A stretch of DNA of 64,000 bases, from positions 82,370-146,369 of the forward strand of contig MU053513.1 of the NCBI GenBank assembly GCA_013239625.1, written 5' to 3'. Of this stretch, positions 24,901 through 39,461 are shown piece by piece (position 1 is the first letter of the stretch; every line of letters begins with the position of its first letter). The notes under the pieces are model-generated. The model did not search any database. It saw only the letters and a list, made by a program, of their open reading frames with translations, and had not been told where the DNA came from. A program made the position numbers and the translations under genes. This DNA comes from Lama guanicoe. Lineage: Eukaryota.

Positions 24901-25479
24901 TAATTTAAAGAAATAATTTGCATATGTATATTTAGACCATTAATTTTGATAGAGTAGGCCATGTACTTTTGATACATTTTGTTACTTTTAGTAAATGTGG
25001 TTGACAAATTTTGAATTTATTTTAGATTTTAGGGCCCCCTCTATTCAAAGATTTTTGTTGTAGATATTGTTATTCTTATCTGTTAACTAAAATTTTGTTT
25101 TAAGGACCTCAACTTAACATTCTGAAAAAATATAGTGTACATACAATAAAGTTTGTAGTCTAGATGCAATTATAGTGATTATTTTTTTTAAAGAGCAGAA
25201 AAGAACAGTAAAATGTGAGAAAAAAAGAGAAGGAAGAAGAGAAAAATTAATGCAGCAAGGAAATATAGAAAGACACCAAAATAGAAGGATGCAGAGAAAA
25301 TGGGAATTTTATTCTCAGTAGATTCCCCTCCAACCACTGAAGTGCCCTTTAGCATTGTGTCATGTCTCTTACTTTAAAAAGAAATGTGAGCTTGAGACAG
25401 AGATGTGGGATATTTTTTCATCAACTTCCTACTGCTTATTTGTTACTTTAAAATTTTCTTCTGTGGAGGTCAAGTTTTC

Positions 25480-25855
25480 TTTCTACCAACTTTCTCTAGA
25501 GCAAAATGCTTTAAATTTGTGAACTAAACTCATTTTCCCAATTCCTCTTCTGTGATTGTGTTGGAGCAATTACAATCAGGCTTCCATTCACACCATTCCA
25601 CCCAAACAGCTCTTGTTAAAGTTACCAGTAACCTCCAGTTAAATTAATCCACCTGTAATTTCTCAGTCTTTATCTGATTGACTGATCTGTAGCATTTGAC
25701 AAAACACATAACCTCCTTTTTCTTGAATACATGGACTTATTTGCCTTCTAGGCCCACGCTATAACTATCTCATTAGTCTCTTTTTCCCAGTTCCTTTTCC
25801 AGCTTCTCCCTCATCTCCTAGTTTCTGTTGGATGGATTACTTCCCACAGGGTTCA
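25480..25855 (+). mobile_element. L2 reverse-transcriptase region remnant
   Basis: caatcaggcttccattcacaccattccacccaaacagctcttgttaaagttacc (QSGFHSHHSTQTALVKVT) and tctgtagcatttgaca (S-AFD motif). Confidence 0.88.
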
Positions 25856-25859
25856 GTTA

Positions 25860-27685
25860 TTATAATATTTATATGACTGTACTTCATTTTCTACCTTCAT
25901 TTGCTTAATTAAATATTTTCTAGTATTCTACTTGATTCCCCTATGGACTTTAGTCATACTCTTATATATATATATATCTGTGTGAATATATAAGTATATG
26001 TATACATGTATGGGTACTTATTATGCATGTATGCTTTCATAATTTATTGTGATTAAAGATTGCAATGCACATCCTTAACTTAGCCCATGTACTTATATTT
26101 AATATTAAACCATCTCATATAAAATTTAAAAATCTAGCAGCAGTACAGTTTCATTAAACCTCTCATTCTTTTTTGTTTTATATACATATATAATATATAT
26201 TATATATATATTTATTCGGATTTTTTATATGGTGTAATGTTCCTTCAACCTGAAGAACTTCTTGCAGCATTTCCTTTTATCATTACTTTTAGTACAATTT
26301 TTCTGTCAATGAATGTTCTCACTTTTTCCTTATCTAAAAATATCATTTTTTTCAGAGAAATGCTACTTGTATTAGATGTAAAATTCAGGAATGATTAATA
26401 CAAAATTTTTTCAGTATCTTGAAGATATTGTCTTTCTTCCCACATTTCTGTATGATCAGAAATCAGCCATCAGTTTTATTTTTGTTTCCCTGCATATAAT
26501 ATGCACATTAATGTTTTTTATATATTTAATGAAATTTCTTTGAATATTTTCTTTGCTCTGTTCTTTGCTTTCTTGATTTTAGACTGAATTACACCTGTGT
26601 TGGATCACTCGTCATTGTCCCACAAATTGCTTATACTTTGTTCAATTTTTTCAATATGTTTCTTTCTTTTCATCAGATTAGATATTATTTTATTCATCTA
26701 TCTTCAAGTTCACTGACTTTTAATTTTGCAGTATCTGGATGGATTCCCATGTATTCACTCATTGTACCTATCTTTTCCTTTAAATCCTTCACCATATTTA
26801 TAATGACTGTTAAAAAAGCCCTTATCTGTCAATGTTAATACCTGCAGTCATCTCAAATTTTAATTTTAGTGACTTTTTATTAATCTATAATCAGTCATAC
26901 TTTCCTGCTTCTTCACATATAATAAGTATTTTATGTCTTATATTTTGAATTACAGATTGTAGAATATCTAGGTTGTATTGTTCTCCCTCAAAGATTATTG
27001 ATTTTTATTTTGTCAAGAATCTTTTGATCAAATCAAATTTGGTTTTATTCCTTGCTTCAGCATATCTATTTCTTTTCTTTCTTTCTTTTTAATTCTGTGC
27101 TTTGTCTTCAGTCAAGAACATTGTACTAACTTCAGTGGCATGGCCTTTTGGAATCTCATATGATTGACAAGCTGCCTAGCCAGATCTAATCTCATTGGAA
27201 AGGCAAGAATTATCTTTCCATATGTCATGACCTCTGGAGTCTCTGTTCTGATCTCAGCTCCCTAGCAGCTGCTCTCTGTTAGACTTCATTGGAGTCTTGC
27301 CTATCCACACACAGTCCAACCCTCAGACAAATAACCCCAGGGAACCTCTCTGCATATTTCTGTGGCTACTTTCTATGCACCTCCCTACTATCTAGTAACC
27401 TGTTCCACAAATTTTAACCACTTCAGCAAATCTTGATTTTGCTTTCTCAGCTCAGTAAGACTGTCATCTCATTAGGCCACAATTCAGAACATACCCTCAG
27501 GCAGAAAGACTGGTTGGGCATAGGTTTCACAGGAGTTATTCTTTCCTTATGGATCACAGCTCTGTGATGCTTAGGTGTCCAATACTTGAAAACTGATCCA
27601 TATGTTTTGTCCATTTTTGTATAGTTTGCTTTAAGAGCATGGTCTGATATCAAATACTTTGTCATAGCTGGAAACCAAAATCTGC
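25860..27685 (-). mobile_element. Ancient L1M/HAL1-like 5'/ORF1 region inserted in the L2
   Basis: T-rich antisense L1 landmarks: ttccttcaacctgaagaacttc, gaaatcagccatcag, atctatcttcaagttcactgactttt, gtccaatacttgaaaactg. Confidence 0.65.
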
Positions 27686-27759
27686 CCCTCTTACACATCC
27701 TGACTGGTAATTGTCTTCTCAATTACTTTGAATTCCTGATCATCATTAACAAATGTAGT

Positions 27760-28955
27760 AAGTTTCTTCACAGTTAATGGCAATTCTTTACTTCCAGTTG
27801 CTCAGACAAAATCTTGGAGTCATTCTTGACCCTTGTCTTTCTCTCATTCTCCATGTCCAATCCATCAGCAAATTCTAGTTTTACCTTCAAAATATATTCA
27901 TAATATGTCCTCTTTTCTGGCCTTAATTACTGCAATAGCTTTCAAACTGGGTTCTTCCTTCTCTCTTTGACCTCCTCAAAGTTGTCATTATCTTATACAG
28001 CGTTTTCTAAGATGTTCATCTCCTATTGCTCTTCCCTTCATTTACTCTCCACTGAGCTCTTTATTGTACTTATAATGGATGAAGTTTATTCCTACCTCAG
28101 AACCTCTGCATAGGATGTTCCCTTTGACTAGAATGATTTTCCCCAAATTAAAAAAAAAAATCACTTTTTTAAAATGAGACTATACCTGACCTCCTCATTT
28201 GAAACAATATTTTCTCCTAATCAAATCCCAAACTATTACCACACCTGGGAATCATTGTCCCTCTTTTACAAACAGTCTATTAAATCAAAGGAAAAAAAAG
28301 TTAGACAGACAATATTTATAACACATTTTTATCTTTTGATTTAATAGAATTTTGATTTAAATAATATTTGTTTTTCCTTCTGGTATAAGAACTTCACTTT
28401 TTCTTTTAGGGAACAACCTTTCCCAGATTGGATATTGTCAGTTCTGGAGTCCAGCCCAGTGTTACAGACTATTTAATAGTGTCTTTTAGCTAGTATGTCA
28501 TTAGATATATTTGTAAAGGCATCATTCTCTTATGCCTATTAATTCTCAAGTTATGTAATTGATGCTAACAATCAGAAACTCTATAATTTTAATTCCATCA
28601 ATTTTATAGAAATACTTACTTTCTTACCATTGTGAAATGACTTCTGTCTGTCACATGTGTGGGCAAAAGTAGGCTCCCTCTTCTAACATCTTATATCTAT
28701 AAGATCAGACTTATCCAAACTATGTATCTAAAATATCAATACTAATAATATGTGAATATGCAGAAATTAAGAATTTAATGAGTTCAAATATTAACTAACT
28801 TCCTATTATTAAACATTGAGGACATTATAAATCTTAGTGTAATATATCTTCTTCATTTCTGTTTTTCTATGTGTACTTTAATTCTCAAGGGCACATCTAG
28901 TTCTAGTTGTAGTGTCTGGTACATAGTACGTGGGGCTTGCTAAAAATATATTGAG
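27760..28955 (+). mobile_element. Continuation of the L2 (3' part, fragmented)
   Basis: ttccagttgctcagacaaaatcttggagtcattcttgac...tccaatccatcagcaaattc. Tail gtgtctggtacatagta near 28915. Confidence 0.75.
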
Positions 28956-29699
28956 ATACTCACAGAAAATTGCAAGATCTGGGTTTGATTGTTAGGAAAA
29001 ATGTTAATGGTAGATTGAGAAATTTAAGGATATATTTGCCCATGGCATGTCCTAGATAAAAACTGGTCTAGAAAAACAAATTGCTGTTTAGTGAGGAATA
29101 AAATAAAAGTTTGTCTTGTTTTAATGATAAATAAACAGATTTAAAAAGTACAGCACTGTATAAGGACATTGAAAAATAGATCAGCTTAACACAAAGTGTT
29201 ATCAGCAATATATGATAGAGATGAAACATCTAGTCATTTCATATTTTAAAGATATGACAATGAAAGGAAATAGCAGCAAGAAATTAACATATATACTTAG
29301 GATGGGTGTACTATGAGACTGCAGAAGGTGCTCCATGGAGAATAAAGAGACAGAACTTATGGAGAAGCAAGGAAGGAAGGAATTTTGATTTTATAAAAAT
29401 ATGTAAAAACAAGTTAAGCCCTTCTTATATATAGGATATGTAATTTTTCCTCTGGCAAGCCTACCAACAGCAATAAATAAATTGGAATAAGACACCCAAC
29501 ATTTCCTTATGTCTTCTCCCTGTTGGTTTTACTGAACTTAGCTGCATTGACAGGTCCCTAGAGTGTAAATGGCACAATTCCTCCCCTTGCTACCTGTCCG
29601 TTTAGTGTCAATTGCCTGATTTGAGATTTTTATCTTTGTAGGAGTCTGCTGCTTCCGCTAATCATCCCTGAACTTTACTCTTGGCAGGATAAGTTGAGG

Positions 29700-29813
29700 T
29701 CAATAAGAAACCAGCCTCAGGTCCTTCACATACAAAGGGCAGGGGTCACACCAGAAAGTGAAACCCAGGACGCGGGGATCTTTGTGGTCCCACCGTAGAA
29801 TCAGCCAGCCACA
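29700..29813 (-). mobile_element. MaLR LTR 5' fragment (MLT1F/G/H-like)
   Basis: Reverse complement tgtggctggctgattctacggtgggaccacaaagatccccgcgtcctgggtttcac matches an MLT1F-H start. Confidence 0.75.
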
Positions 29814-30828
29814 GTTACTACTGGTGATTTTGTTGGTGGTTGGAGTTACTTGTATACTCCTTTTTTGTTGGTCAATCATCTGCATTTAAAAAAATATTTT
29901 ATGTTAACTTACATTGCTTTCATATTAAAATGATATAATTAATCCTTTGGGATCTGAACATTCGGAAAGATACTTCTATCAAAATTAGCTAAACGTCTAA
30001 GCTATTGTATATAAGGTTTTGCCTTTGATTCTAAGAATCAAAGTTGAAGCTGAATTATGATATCTGTGTTAATCCTGATAGTTAGCCTATATGATTTTTT
30101 CTCTTTTTCAAACCTCTGTTTATTTAATTATATTTTCATAGCAATATGTGAAGTTGTAACTATCTTAAGTATATAAAACTTATGTTATTTCTAATAATTC
30201 TGGATTAAGGGCATATCTACATCTTCATATCTATATCTGCATCAGTCTAGATATTAAAATATAATAAAATCAGTATGTTCAATAGTTAAATATTCTTTAA
30301 AACTCCACATCACTTATAAATGTCTTTTCCTTTTACAGATTCTTAGGATATAACTTCTCCATAATACTTTATTCTTTAGCAATAATGATAATTTGTCTGT
30401 ACATTGGTTATAGAATTTTCAATTATAAGAACATCTGTCATATTTTTAAAAGTGTTCTATGAAAGCTACCTGAGATATCTAAACTCAACCAAAATTCAGT
30501 AATTCTAGATCTTAAAACTGAAGACACAGTTTCATATGCCAGAGTATTCCCTTTGATTTTAACTTTGAATATTGGAGTTCCAAAGTGCTTTTAAAAAAAT
30601 TCATTCTATTTTATATGAGTGGATTTTATAGATTTTGAGGGCAAACATCGTATCTGTAGCTTCCTGATTAATTTCTTAATAACTTCTGTGGTAATAGGAG
30701 TGACTTCCTTAGAATCTCTATATTAATTAGTCAAGAAGTATGAAAGGCATACTCAGTTGGTAGAGGTCACCAATTCTACTCCAAGTACTAGGACAATAAA
30801 AAATAGAAAATACATTTGTTTCACTGAC

Positions 30829-33043
30829 TATATCAGTCAAGGTTATCCTGTGAAAAAGGTTCACACAGTTTTCAGGACTGGCAATTCTAAAATTTGTAGG
30901 GCACATCAACAGGCTAGAAACTCAGGCAAGAGGGTTGATATTGCAGTCTTTTTTTTTTTTTAATTGTGGTGTAGTTGATTTACAATGCTGTGTTAGTTTC
31001 TGGTGTACAGTATAGTAACTCAGTTGTATAAATATGTATATTACTTTTCATTATAGATTATTGCAAGATATTGAATATAGTTCCCTCTGCTATACAGTAA
31101 GACCTTGTTATTTATCTATTTTATATGTAGTAGTTAATATCCACAAACCCCACACTCCTCATTTATCCCTGCTCCCTCTTCCCCTTTGGTAACCAGAAGT
31201 TTGTTTTCTATATCTGTATGTCTGTTTTGTAAATAAGTTCATTTTCATCATTTTTCAGATTCCATATATAACTGATATGATACTTTCTCGGTCTGACTAC
31301 TTCACTTAACATGATAATCTCTAGGTTTGTCTATATTGCTGCAAATGGCATTATATCATTCTTATTTTTTTTTTGTAGTTGAGGTAAGTATTCCACTGTA
31401 TATAAATACCACAACTTCTTTATCCAATCACCTGTCAATGGACATTTAGGTTGCTTCCATGTCTTGGCTATTGTATATACTGCTGCTATGAATACTGGGG
31501 TGCAGGTGTCTTTTCGAATTAAAGTTCCCTCTGGATACATGCCCAGGAGTGGGATTCTTGGATCATATGGTAAGTCTATTCTTAGTTTTTTAAGGAATCT
31601 CTGTACTGTTTTCCATAGTGACTGTATCAAATTACATTCTCACCAACAGTGTAGGAGGGTTTCCTTTTCTCCATACACTCTCCAGCATTTATTGTTAGTG
31701 GACTTTTTAAATCATGGCCATTTTGGCTTGTGTGAGGTGATATTTCATTGGAATTTTGATTTGCATTTCTCTGATAATTAACAATATTGAGCATTTTTCA
31801 TGTGTTAATTGGCCATTTGTATGTCTTCATTGGAGAAATGTCTGTTTAGGTCTTCTGCCCATTTTTTGATTTGGTCGTTTGTTTTTCTGCTTCTGAATTG
31901 TATAAGCTGTTTGTATATTCTGGAAATTAATCCCTTGTCAGTCACATCATTTGCAAATATTTTCTCCCTTTCTGTAGGTTGTCTTTTAGTTTTGTTTATG
32001 GTTTCCTTTGCTGTGTAAGAGCTTTTAAGTTTAATTAGGTCCCATTTGTTTATTTTTGCTTTTATTTCTATTCCCTTGGGAGACTGACATAGAAAAACAT
32101 TGCTACCATTTATGTCAGAGAATATTTTGCCTATTTTCTCTTCTAGGAGATTTATGGTGTCCTATCTTCTGTTTAAATCTTTAAGCCATTTTGAGTTTAT
32201 TTTTGTGTATGGTGTGAGGGACTGTTCTAACTTCACTGATTTACATTCAGCTGTCCAACTTTCTTAACACAGCTTGCTGAAGACACTGTCTTTTCTCCAT
32301 TGTATATTCTTGCTTCCTTTGAGAAGATTAATTGACTGTAGGTGTGTGGGTTTATTTTTGGGCTCTCTTCTGTTCCATTGATCCATATGTCTGTTTTTGT
32401 GCCAATACCAGCTGTTTTGATTACTGTAGCTCTGTAGTATTGTTGTAAGTCTGGGAGGGTTATTCCTCCGGCTTCATTGTTTTTTCTTCATTATTATTTT
32501 GGCAATTCTAGGTCTTTTGTGATTCCATATAAATTTTAGAATTATTTTTTCTAGTTCTATGATAAAGGTACTGGGCAATTTGATAAGCATCGCATTAAAT
32601 CTATAGATTGCTTTGGGTATATGGCTATTTTAACAATATGAATTCTTCCAATTCAAGAGGATGGGATAACTTTCCATTTCTTTAAATCAACTTTAATTTT
32701 CTTTATCAGTGTTTTATAGTTCTTTGCATGTGTCTTTTACCTCCTTGAAATTAGTTTATTTCTAAGGTGTTTATTTTTTTGTTTTTTGTTAATGTGACTT
32801 GACATTATAGTTTTGACACAGGATTTCTTCTACTGGAAACTTCAGTTTTTGTCTTAAAGCCTTCAACTGTTTGGATGAGGCCCACCCACATTATCAAGGG
32901 TAATCTCTTTTATTTAAAGCGAACTGTTTGTAGATGTTAATCTCATCTACATAATACCCTTATAACAACACTTGGGCTAGCATTTTACCACACAATTGTC
33001 TACCATAGCATGACCAAACAGCCATGTAAAATTTAACCACCAC
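30829..33043 (-). mobile_element. ERVL LTR (MLT2D-like) split by an L1 into 30829-30950 and 32799-33043
   Basis: aatttgtagggca...caggctagaaactcaggca...ttgatattgcagtct on the left. gccttcaactgtttggatgaggcccacccacattatcaagggtaatctc...ttaaccaccac on the right. Confidence 0.88.
30951..32798 (-). mobile_element. 5'-truncated L1, ~1.85 kb (ORF2 C-terminal part plus 3'UTR)
   Basis: Poly-T tail. ORF 31331-31630 reads [29 protein letters not shown]...[11 protein letters not shown], the L1 ORF2 C-terminus. Degenerate TSD ttgatattgcagtctt / ttgacattatagtttt. Confidence 0.95.
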
Positions 33044-33479
33044 CCTTTCATACTATTTTGAAATTGGTCCTGCACATTGTAGGAGACACTGTGAGTATTT
33101 TAGTGATGATATATGTGGTTTTAGATCTCAGTTGGCCACGTGATGTTGCTACCTTATATTAGAGCTCCAACATTACAACCCACAACAATTCTTTTCCCAA
33201 ATTATAGCCAGAGTGCTAGGATGATAGAATCCATTCGCACTTCTAGTTGCATAAATTGTCACAACCAGCCTTCTCACACGGCACTGAGTCTATCATACTG
33301 ACTTGGAGTTACTGGCTTTCTGTCTCAATTTATTAATGGAATTTTATTTCAAGAATCTCTGCTCTTTGATCCCACTTGTCTTTTGTCAGAGAAACCCTCA
33401 TATGTCACAGCAGTTGCTTAACTATAAATTAGTTTCTTCAAATAAGAAGCTCATTTCCTCTCCAGTCATTTCCACAGAC

Positions 33480-33810
33480 AATGAATTTTGCCCTTTCCAT
33501 AGACTGTTTCCTCTGCCCGGAGCAAGTGCTCTTTCCCTTGTTCCCCATCTTTTACTGAGTTAACTCCTCACATGTCTCTCAACTGAACTTTGCCATGGCT
33601 GCCTCTCCTGATTGTTCAGTACAAGGCAGACTCCCCTTCTTATTCCCATCATGTTATGCTCTCCTATTATTATGAACTTACTTAATCACATATTAAGGGG
33701 TTTTCTTGTGTGTTTGTGTGATGTTTTGTTTTGCTGTATGTTTTTGCTTTTGGGTGATGATTTATTTAGCTTTTATCTTCTGTGCCCAGTACACCATTTG
33801 AATTTGGATA
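33480..33810 (+). mobile_element. L2 3' fragment
   Basis: Pyrimidine-rich L2 landmarks: ctgtttcctctgcccggag, taactcctcacatgtctctc, cttttatcttctgtgcccagtac. Confidence 0.55.
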
Positions 33811-36800
33811 AGAAAGATCTCTGCACAAGACTCCTACTGTAGAGGCTCTGTTCTGTTCTTTCTATGTGTGTTCTCTCTTCCCATAGGTTGAGGAGTCTGT
33901 GGGGTCAAGGAGATCTGCCTACAGTTTGCCATTTTCTTGTCCTGTGACCACATTTTGAGTACCTAGCACCCTGGAGTTCCCCACTTAAACGGCCACAGGC
34001 TTTCTTCTCTTGAAGGGGGACCAACCTCTAAGCCCAAGGTTGGCCAAAGGGAAGGGTAGATGTGGATGGACTTCGAAAATGTGGTTTGAGCTGTCTGCAT
34101 ATGGCAGTAAAGAAACATCATAATTTGGGACAGAAAGAAGTTTTAGGAGGAGATGAGGTGTAGGAACTTGTGTGAAGAAAGGTTGAGAGATAGGGGCTAG
34201 GGCCATGGACTGACTCCAACTATACTACTAGGTTCTCGGCTGGAATTCTGAGAAATCCAATAATTCTAAATTCAAGCCTGAATTGTTATGAAGATATATT
34301 TGGCCAAGTAAAAGGATAAAGTTTATCTTACTTAACAATGATTTGTAATTTTTAAATATTTTGACATATGGTACTTTGCTTTACCTATAGTAGATTGTGT
34401 GCTCAAGAGAAAAAGGAATCTCTTTACATTGTTTGCTGCTCTTCTCAGGCCTTACAGTGAAGATCTGTCTAAATCAATTTAAATAAGTAAAAAGGCTAAA
34501 TTAGAAGTTAAGAAAATCAACCAAGTTTCTGCTCTCTTGCTGCCCTCTAGATCCCTATTTGACATTACGCAAATGAATTAGTCTCTTGGCTTCCACTTTT
34601 AAAATGTGCAAGTTTGAGTTTGGTTATTGCTAAGATGCATTACAGATGTTAAAATTCACTTACAAAAGTTTTCATTAATATGCACTGAAGTGTATATAGC
34701 ACATTTTTAAAAAGATGAAACAAGGAGACATAATTCTAGTTCAAAACAAAAGTTATCAAATTTGACACTTGAACAATAGTTTCTACAATTACCTGGGTAT
34801 CTTTGCTAGAATGTTTAGCTTTGCATTATTTCTCTGAAGAGCCCTAGGAGGGGAGACAAATCATCTGTATGTCTCCCATTTTTCAAAGAAACAGAGCAAG
34901 AAAAGATAGACTATCACCACCCTTACCAGAAGAGCAAAGACTGGTTTTGCTGTCAGAACTTGGTTCTCCTGTTGACCCATCTCAGCAAGGAGTTACTCCC
35001 ATACAAGGGACTGAAGGAAGGCCTGCAGGGGTGGGCTCTGTAGGCTGATTTCTCCGCCTACCCATGCTTGAGTCACTTTGGAGGATTGTTTTCCAAAAGT
35101 CAAATAAATCTGGTAAATGGCATCTTCAACTAAAAAATGTGGTCCTTGCTTTTTCCCTGTTCTACTCAACCACATGTTAACCTTGCCATTTGTCTTTTAT
35201 GTCCTCTTCCAAGAGATACACACTTTTAATGCATTAAGTATCTTACTCATCAGCTTATCTATTTTTGTGTGCAATACAATTTCTCTTTTAGTTTAATTTC
35301 TGTATTTATAGTTCCAGAGCAGAGAGAATTATCTTATTTTACAGAAAAACGATTTGTTCTACTTTCATACAGGTGTCCAGGTTTAATTTTCTTACAGCTG
35401 AACTGCTCTTCATCATATTTTTGGTTTTATCTTTTTTGTGCTAAAATTGTCAAAATAGAAAATGTAAGAATAATACTGAGTTCTAACAATGGTTAATGAT
35501 ACATATTTCATATTTTGAAATTTACAGAGAATCTTTATGAATAATCCTGAGTTATTAATTATTTTTAATCTTTCACAAAACTATATATGCATTTAAAATA
35601 TTGTTATAGTGATAAATCATAATACTAAGTTTAGCTTTCAATCCAGATCTACCCATGATTTTTAGCTGAATGAAAGAATGATAGATATATTAAGATATGC
35701 ATGAAATTTTCAAGTGATCAAATTACTACTTTGTTAAATAAATGGCCATTTCAATTAATCAATATTGAATTTTTATTATATGCAATGTTAGCTAAAATAA
35801 CAATATGTACAAGAAACAATCCCAAGCTTGTGGAACTGCAATAGAAAGTATCTGGCAACCATATGAATTACCAATTTTCTGTGAAAGTTCAGATATTTAT
35901 TAATACGTTTTTTCAAAATTTATACCTAAATATTCTTTACTATTTATACTTTTAAGATTTCTTATTTAAGTATTGTTACAAATAATTTATATGAGAAAGA
36001 CAGACAGAAAAAAAAGTAAAAATGGGGAAATGATTCAGAATTCAAAGGGAGGAATATCTAACAGTGGATAGAAGTGGCCAAGAAGGTTTTCTTGCCATGA
36101 AAGTATCAATATCTATCTTCATAGGCTTATTCTTGATTAGTTTATTATTACATAGATGAGACATTTTTACTTTTTTCTTTTAATTGATGCTTAGAGGCTT
36201 TTTCTTATTCTCTCTTTTGAATTCTCTTAAACTGCCAAAAGCAAACTTGTGGGACCAAATTATGATATAAATTTTCCTACTGTATGTAATTCCATGATGT
36301 TCTGATGGTAATAAAAGGAAATTGTATACTTTCGGCTCCTGTCAATTTTATCTCTTACTCAGCTTACCAGTTGCTCAATAAGTTGATTTTTATAGTATCA
36401 TTTACCTTTAAATGTAATAGATGTGATAATAATTAGGAAGAGGGTGGATGGTTGGAGTGGGATATAGAAGGAAGACATTCACAATAATGAATCCCTTCTC
36501 CTGCTAGGACTCTAGACTTATTTTGCTGACAAATTTACTTTGCCAAATTAAAATAAAAAAAATATACAGGCAGACATATTAAAGTAGACATATACACTGA
36601 AATATTATTGGGTTTTTTTGTTTGTTTTGGTGAAGGAAATTTCACGTTAAGTGAGAAAGGCATAGTTTACCAACATAGATTTATGCTAATTTTGTTACCT
36701 ACATGTAATAATTTCATTTATGTCAACTAACCATTAGAAAACATTACTGATTAAACCTGGATTACATTATTGGATTTTTTTTATTTGTTACCATGCAAAT

Positions 36801-37822
36801 GTTATATGATTTTAAATGCAACACTGTACTAAGGTTCTAAAGCAGCATTGCTGCTCAGACACACAGGTTTTTGTCCTGATCTAGCGAAGTCTCTCTCTCA
36901 GGACCTCCAAATATCTTGCCAAACATACTAAACTTTTGCATCCCATATATTAGTCATACATTTATAAAACCACATACTGTTTTGTAAAACTAATTACCAA
37001 GCATGCCCTTCCCTATTCAAAGAAAGTTTAATATTATTAATATTGTTCGTAGACTTCTAGAAAGCATAGATTATATGGAGCCACTGGCATCCTATCTAAT
37101 TCCAGATTCCCTAAAAGTTAATAAGAGTCCTTTCTACATAATTCAGTGAGAAAAGCATGAATTATAAGGGAGAGAGCGCTCATCATACTTGGGTCACATG
37201 GCAGGACTGCAACATGGGCCACAGGCTGGGTGTCTGGTCGGAATATGGTCAGTGGGAGTCAGCTAACTCCCATTCTCTGCCTCTGACTTTCACATGAGCC
37301 ATCCCCAGCTCTCAGGAGAAGCCAAAACCAGAACTTCTCTGGGGCTGTCCTCAGGTCACACAATGAAGAGAGAGCAGAAACTTAATCAACCCAGAGTAAA
37401 GACAAACCAAGCACAGAAAAAAATCTATGTTCAATGTTTCCCAAGAGTGTGGAGACTATTTATTTTATACTCCCAGGGATAACTGTCCAGACTAGGTATG
37501 TGGGGAGAGAGATGTGTGAAAACCACCAGGTGCCATGATTGTGGGAAAGAGGTGTGGAGACCTAAACATTTTAAGCAGTTTCAGTCTTTATTTTAACCCC
37601 CTCCACTCCATTCCCACTTCCGGAGACATGTAATATGTGATTTCCTCATCATTTTGAGGACTTTGCTCTGTAGTTTAGATTATTTTTCAACATTCTCTTG
37701 TGCTGGATGAGGGTTTAACCTCCTTGGTCATACTAAGTATGTTATCATTCAACTATCTGTTTTGCAGAATTGAAAAATTTCACTGTTATTTTCTGTTCTC
37801 CCCATCCTTGTGATTCACACAG

Positions 37823-37823
<1 letters not shown>

Positions 37824-37855
<32 letters not shown>
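37824..37855. repeat. (CA)16 microsatellite
   Basis: Directly visible. Confidence 0.97.
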
Positions 37856-37857
<2 letters not shown>

Positions 37858-38559
37858 TTTAATTTAATCATTTGTCATTAATGTTTGTGGGGTTTTGGAT
37901 CAAAACCAAAATAAATATATATGTTCATGTTAAACAAACTTAAAAACTTAAATTGCTTCATAAAAGGATGAAATCACAACCAACATAATCTTTTGATTTC
38001 AATGGTGGCAAAGTGGACACAATGATTGACCAGACAGTAGTATTAAAGATGCTTGAATAAAAGATGTCCATTTGCTTATATCTTCTCTTCTAGGTCAATC
38101 TTAAGTGTAGAACCCAAACCAGCCAATAGATACATGGCTATTTAAAATAGTAACGATCAATACTTGGATTTAGGAATCAATTTTTCAGTAGTTTCTCATT
38201 CCCAATGCACAAGTCTCATTAATTCATGATAATTTGAGAAGTCAGAGATCATGTTGATCCCAATCCAAGATCTGAAAAATGGAAAAGCCCTTTTGTTTTT
38301 CAAAATACTTATATGGGCATTCACTGGTGTTCAGAATAAGGCATTAATGAATTGACAAGGAATTGGAATTTGCCAAGTTTATGGCATTAACACTGTAGTT
38401 ATGTTTCTTAAAATCTAATAAAAATTTTAGAAAAAGTTATTACTACCTATTAGATAATATATTCTTCAGGAAAAATTATTACCTGACTTCTGTCACTTAT
38501 TTATAGAACCACCTTATCCTGAATTTCCATATGTTGTGCCATTTAGTTTTTCTTCCACA

Positions 38560-39050
38560 AATAGTAGAGAAAGGCAAGTGAACACATAATTTTAGCTCTC
38601 GGTGAGAAATGCAATAGTAGAGGTGTGCACTGAATGCCATCTGTACAGAGGAGGAGGACCAGATTGGAGGACACTGGTGTCAGAAAAACTTTAGGGAAGA
38701 GGCAAGGTCTGAACTGAGTCTTAAGGCATTAGTAAAAGTTTGGCAGGTAAAGACGAAAAGAAAGTACATTCCAGAGAGAACAAAATAAGCAAAAGCAAAA
38801 AAGCAGAACCCATGTGTCTAGGCTACCACCTAGATCAGAACTGATGGGCTATTAAAAAAAAAAAAAGGAGTGGAAAGAGATAATGCTAGAGAAATGCGTA
38901 AGGAACAGGTTAAGAAGACCTTCTATGCCATACCGTGGAGGGCAGCCTTATCACAAAGACACAGTGAGTTACTGAAAAGTTTTAAGCACTGCAATACTTA
39001 AATTTGCAAATTACATGCATCGCTCTGAAATCGGAGTAAAGGATGGCTTT
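38560..39050 (-). mobile_element. L2 fragment
   Basis: tctgaactgagtcttaagg...agtttggcaggtaaag...cattccagagagaa...gttttaagca. Confidence 0.7.
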
Positions 39051-39461
39051 GTACCTTTTTAATATACAACTTTGAACCACTTTTATCTCTTCACAAATGA
39101 ACACATGTAATTTTCCATTGCCAAATACTCCTTACTGTTAAACACGTTTTCTCCTCAAAATATCCCTCTGGGCCTAATTCAGTGAGCATTAGAATGACAA
39201 CCTATACTGTTTGCATACTTTGAGACCAGAAATTATTAATGTCTGCAATGTTGCTATTAAATTAATTACAAAGCTGATTAGTGAAATTATTGAAGGATGG
39301 CCAAGGGGTTAATATCCAAAGTGGGAGGTTGGAGGAGAGAGAGAGAGAGAAGGAATAATTCTGGAAAATAGATATCTTAAATGTAGTTTAACTGTAAAAT
39401 ATTAGTGATAGCAAAACAATGCATTTCTTTCTTGTTTTCAACATTTTAAGCAAGAAATTGC

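Noticed and set aside
31331..31630. 99-aa ORF as a host gene
   Set aside because: It is the L1 ORF2 C-terminus inside a 5'-truncated L1. The overlapping plus-strand ORFs are antisense L1.
37140..37570. GC-richer block, possibly an ancient LTR
   Set aside because: I could not match termini, a TSD or a consensus, so it is left unassigned.
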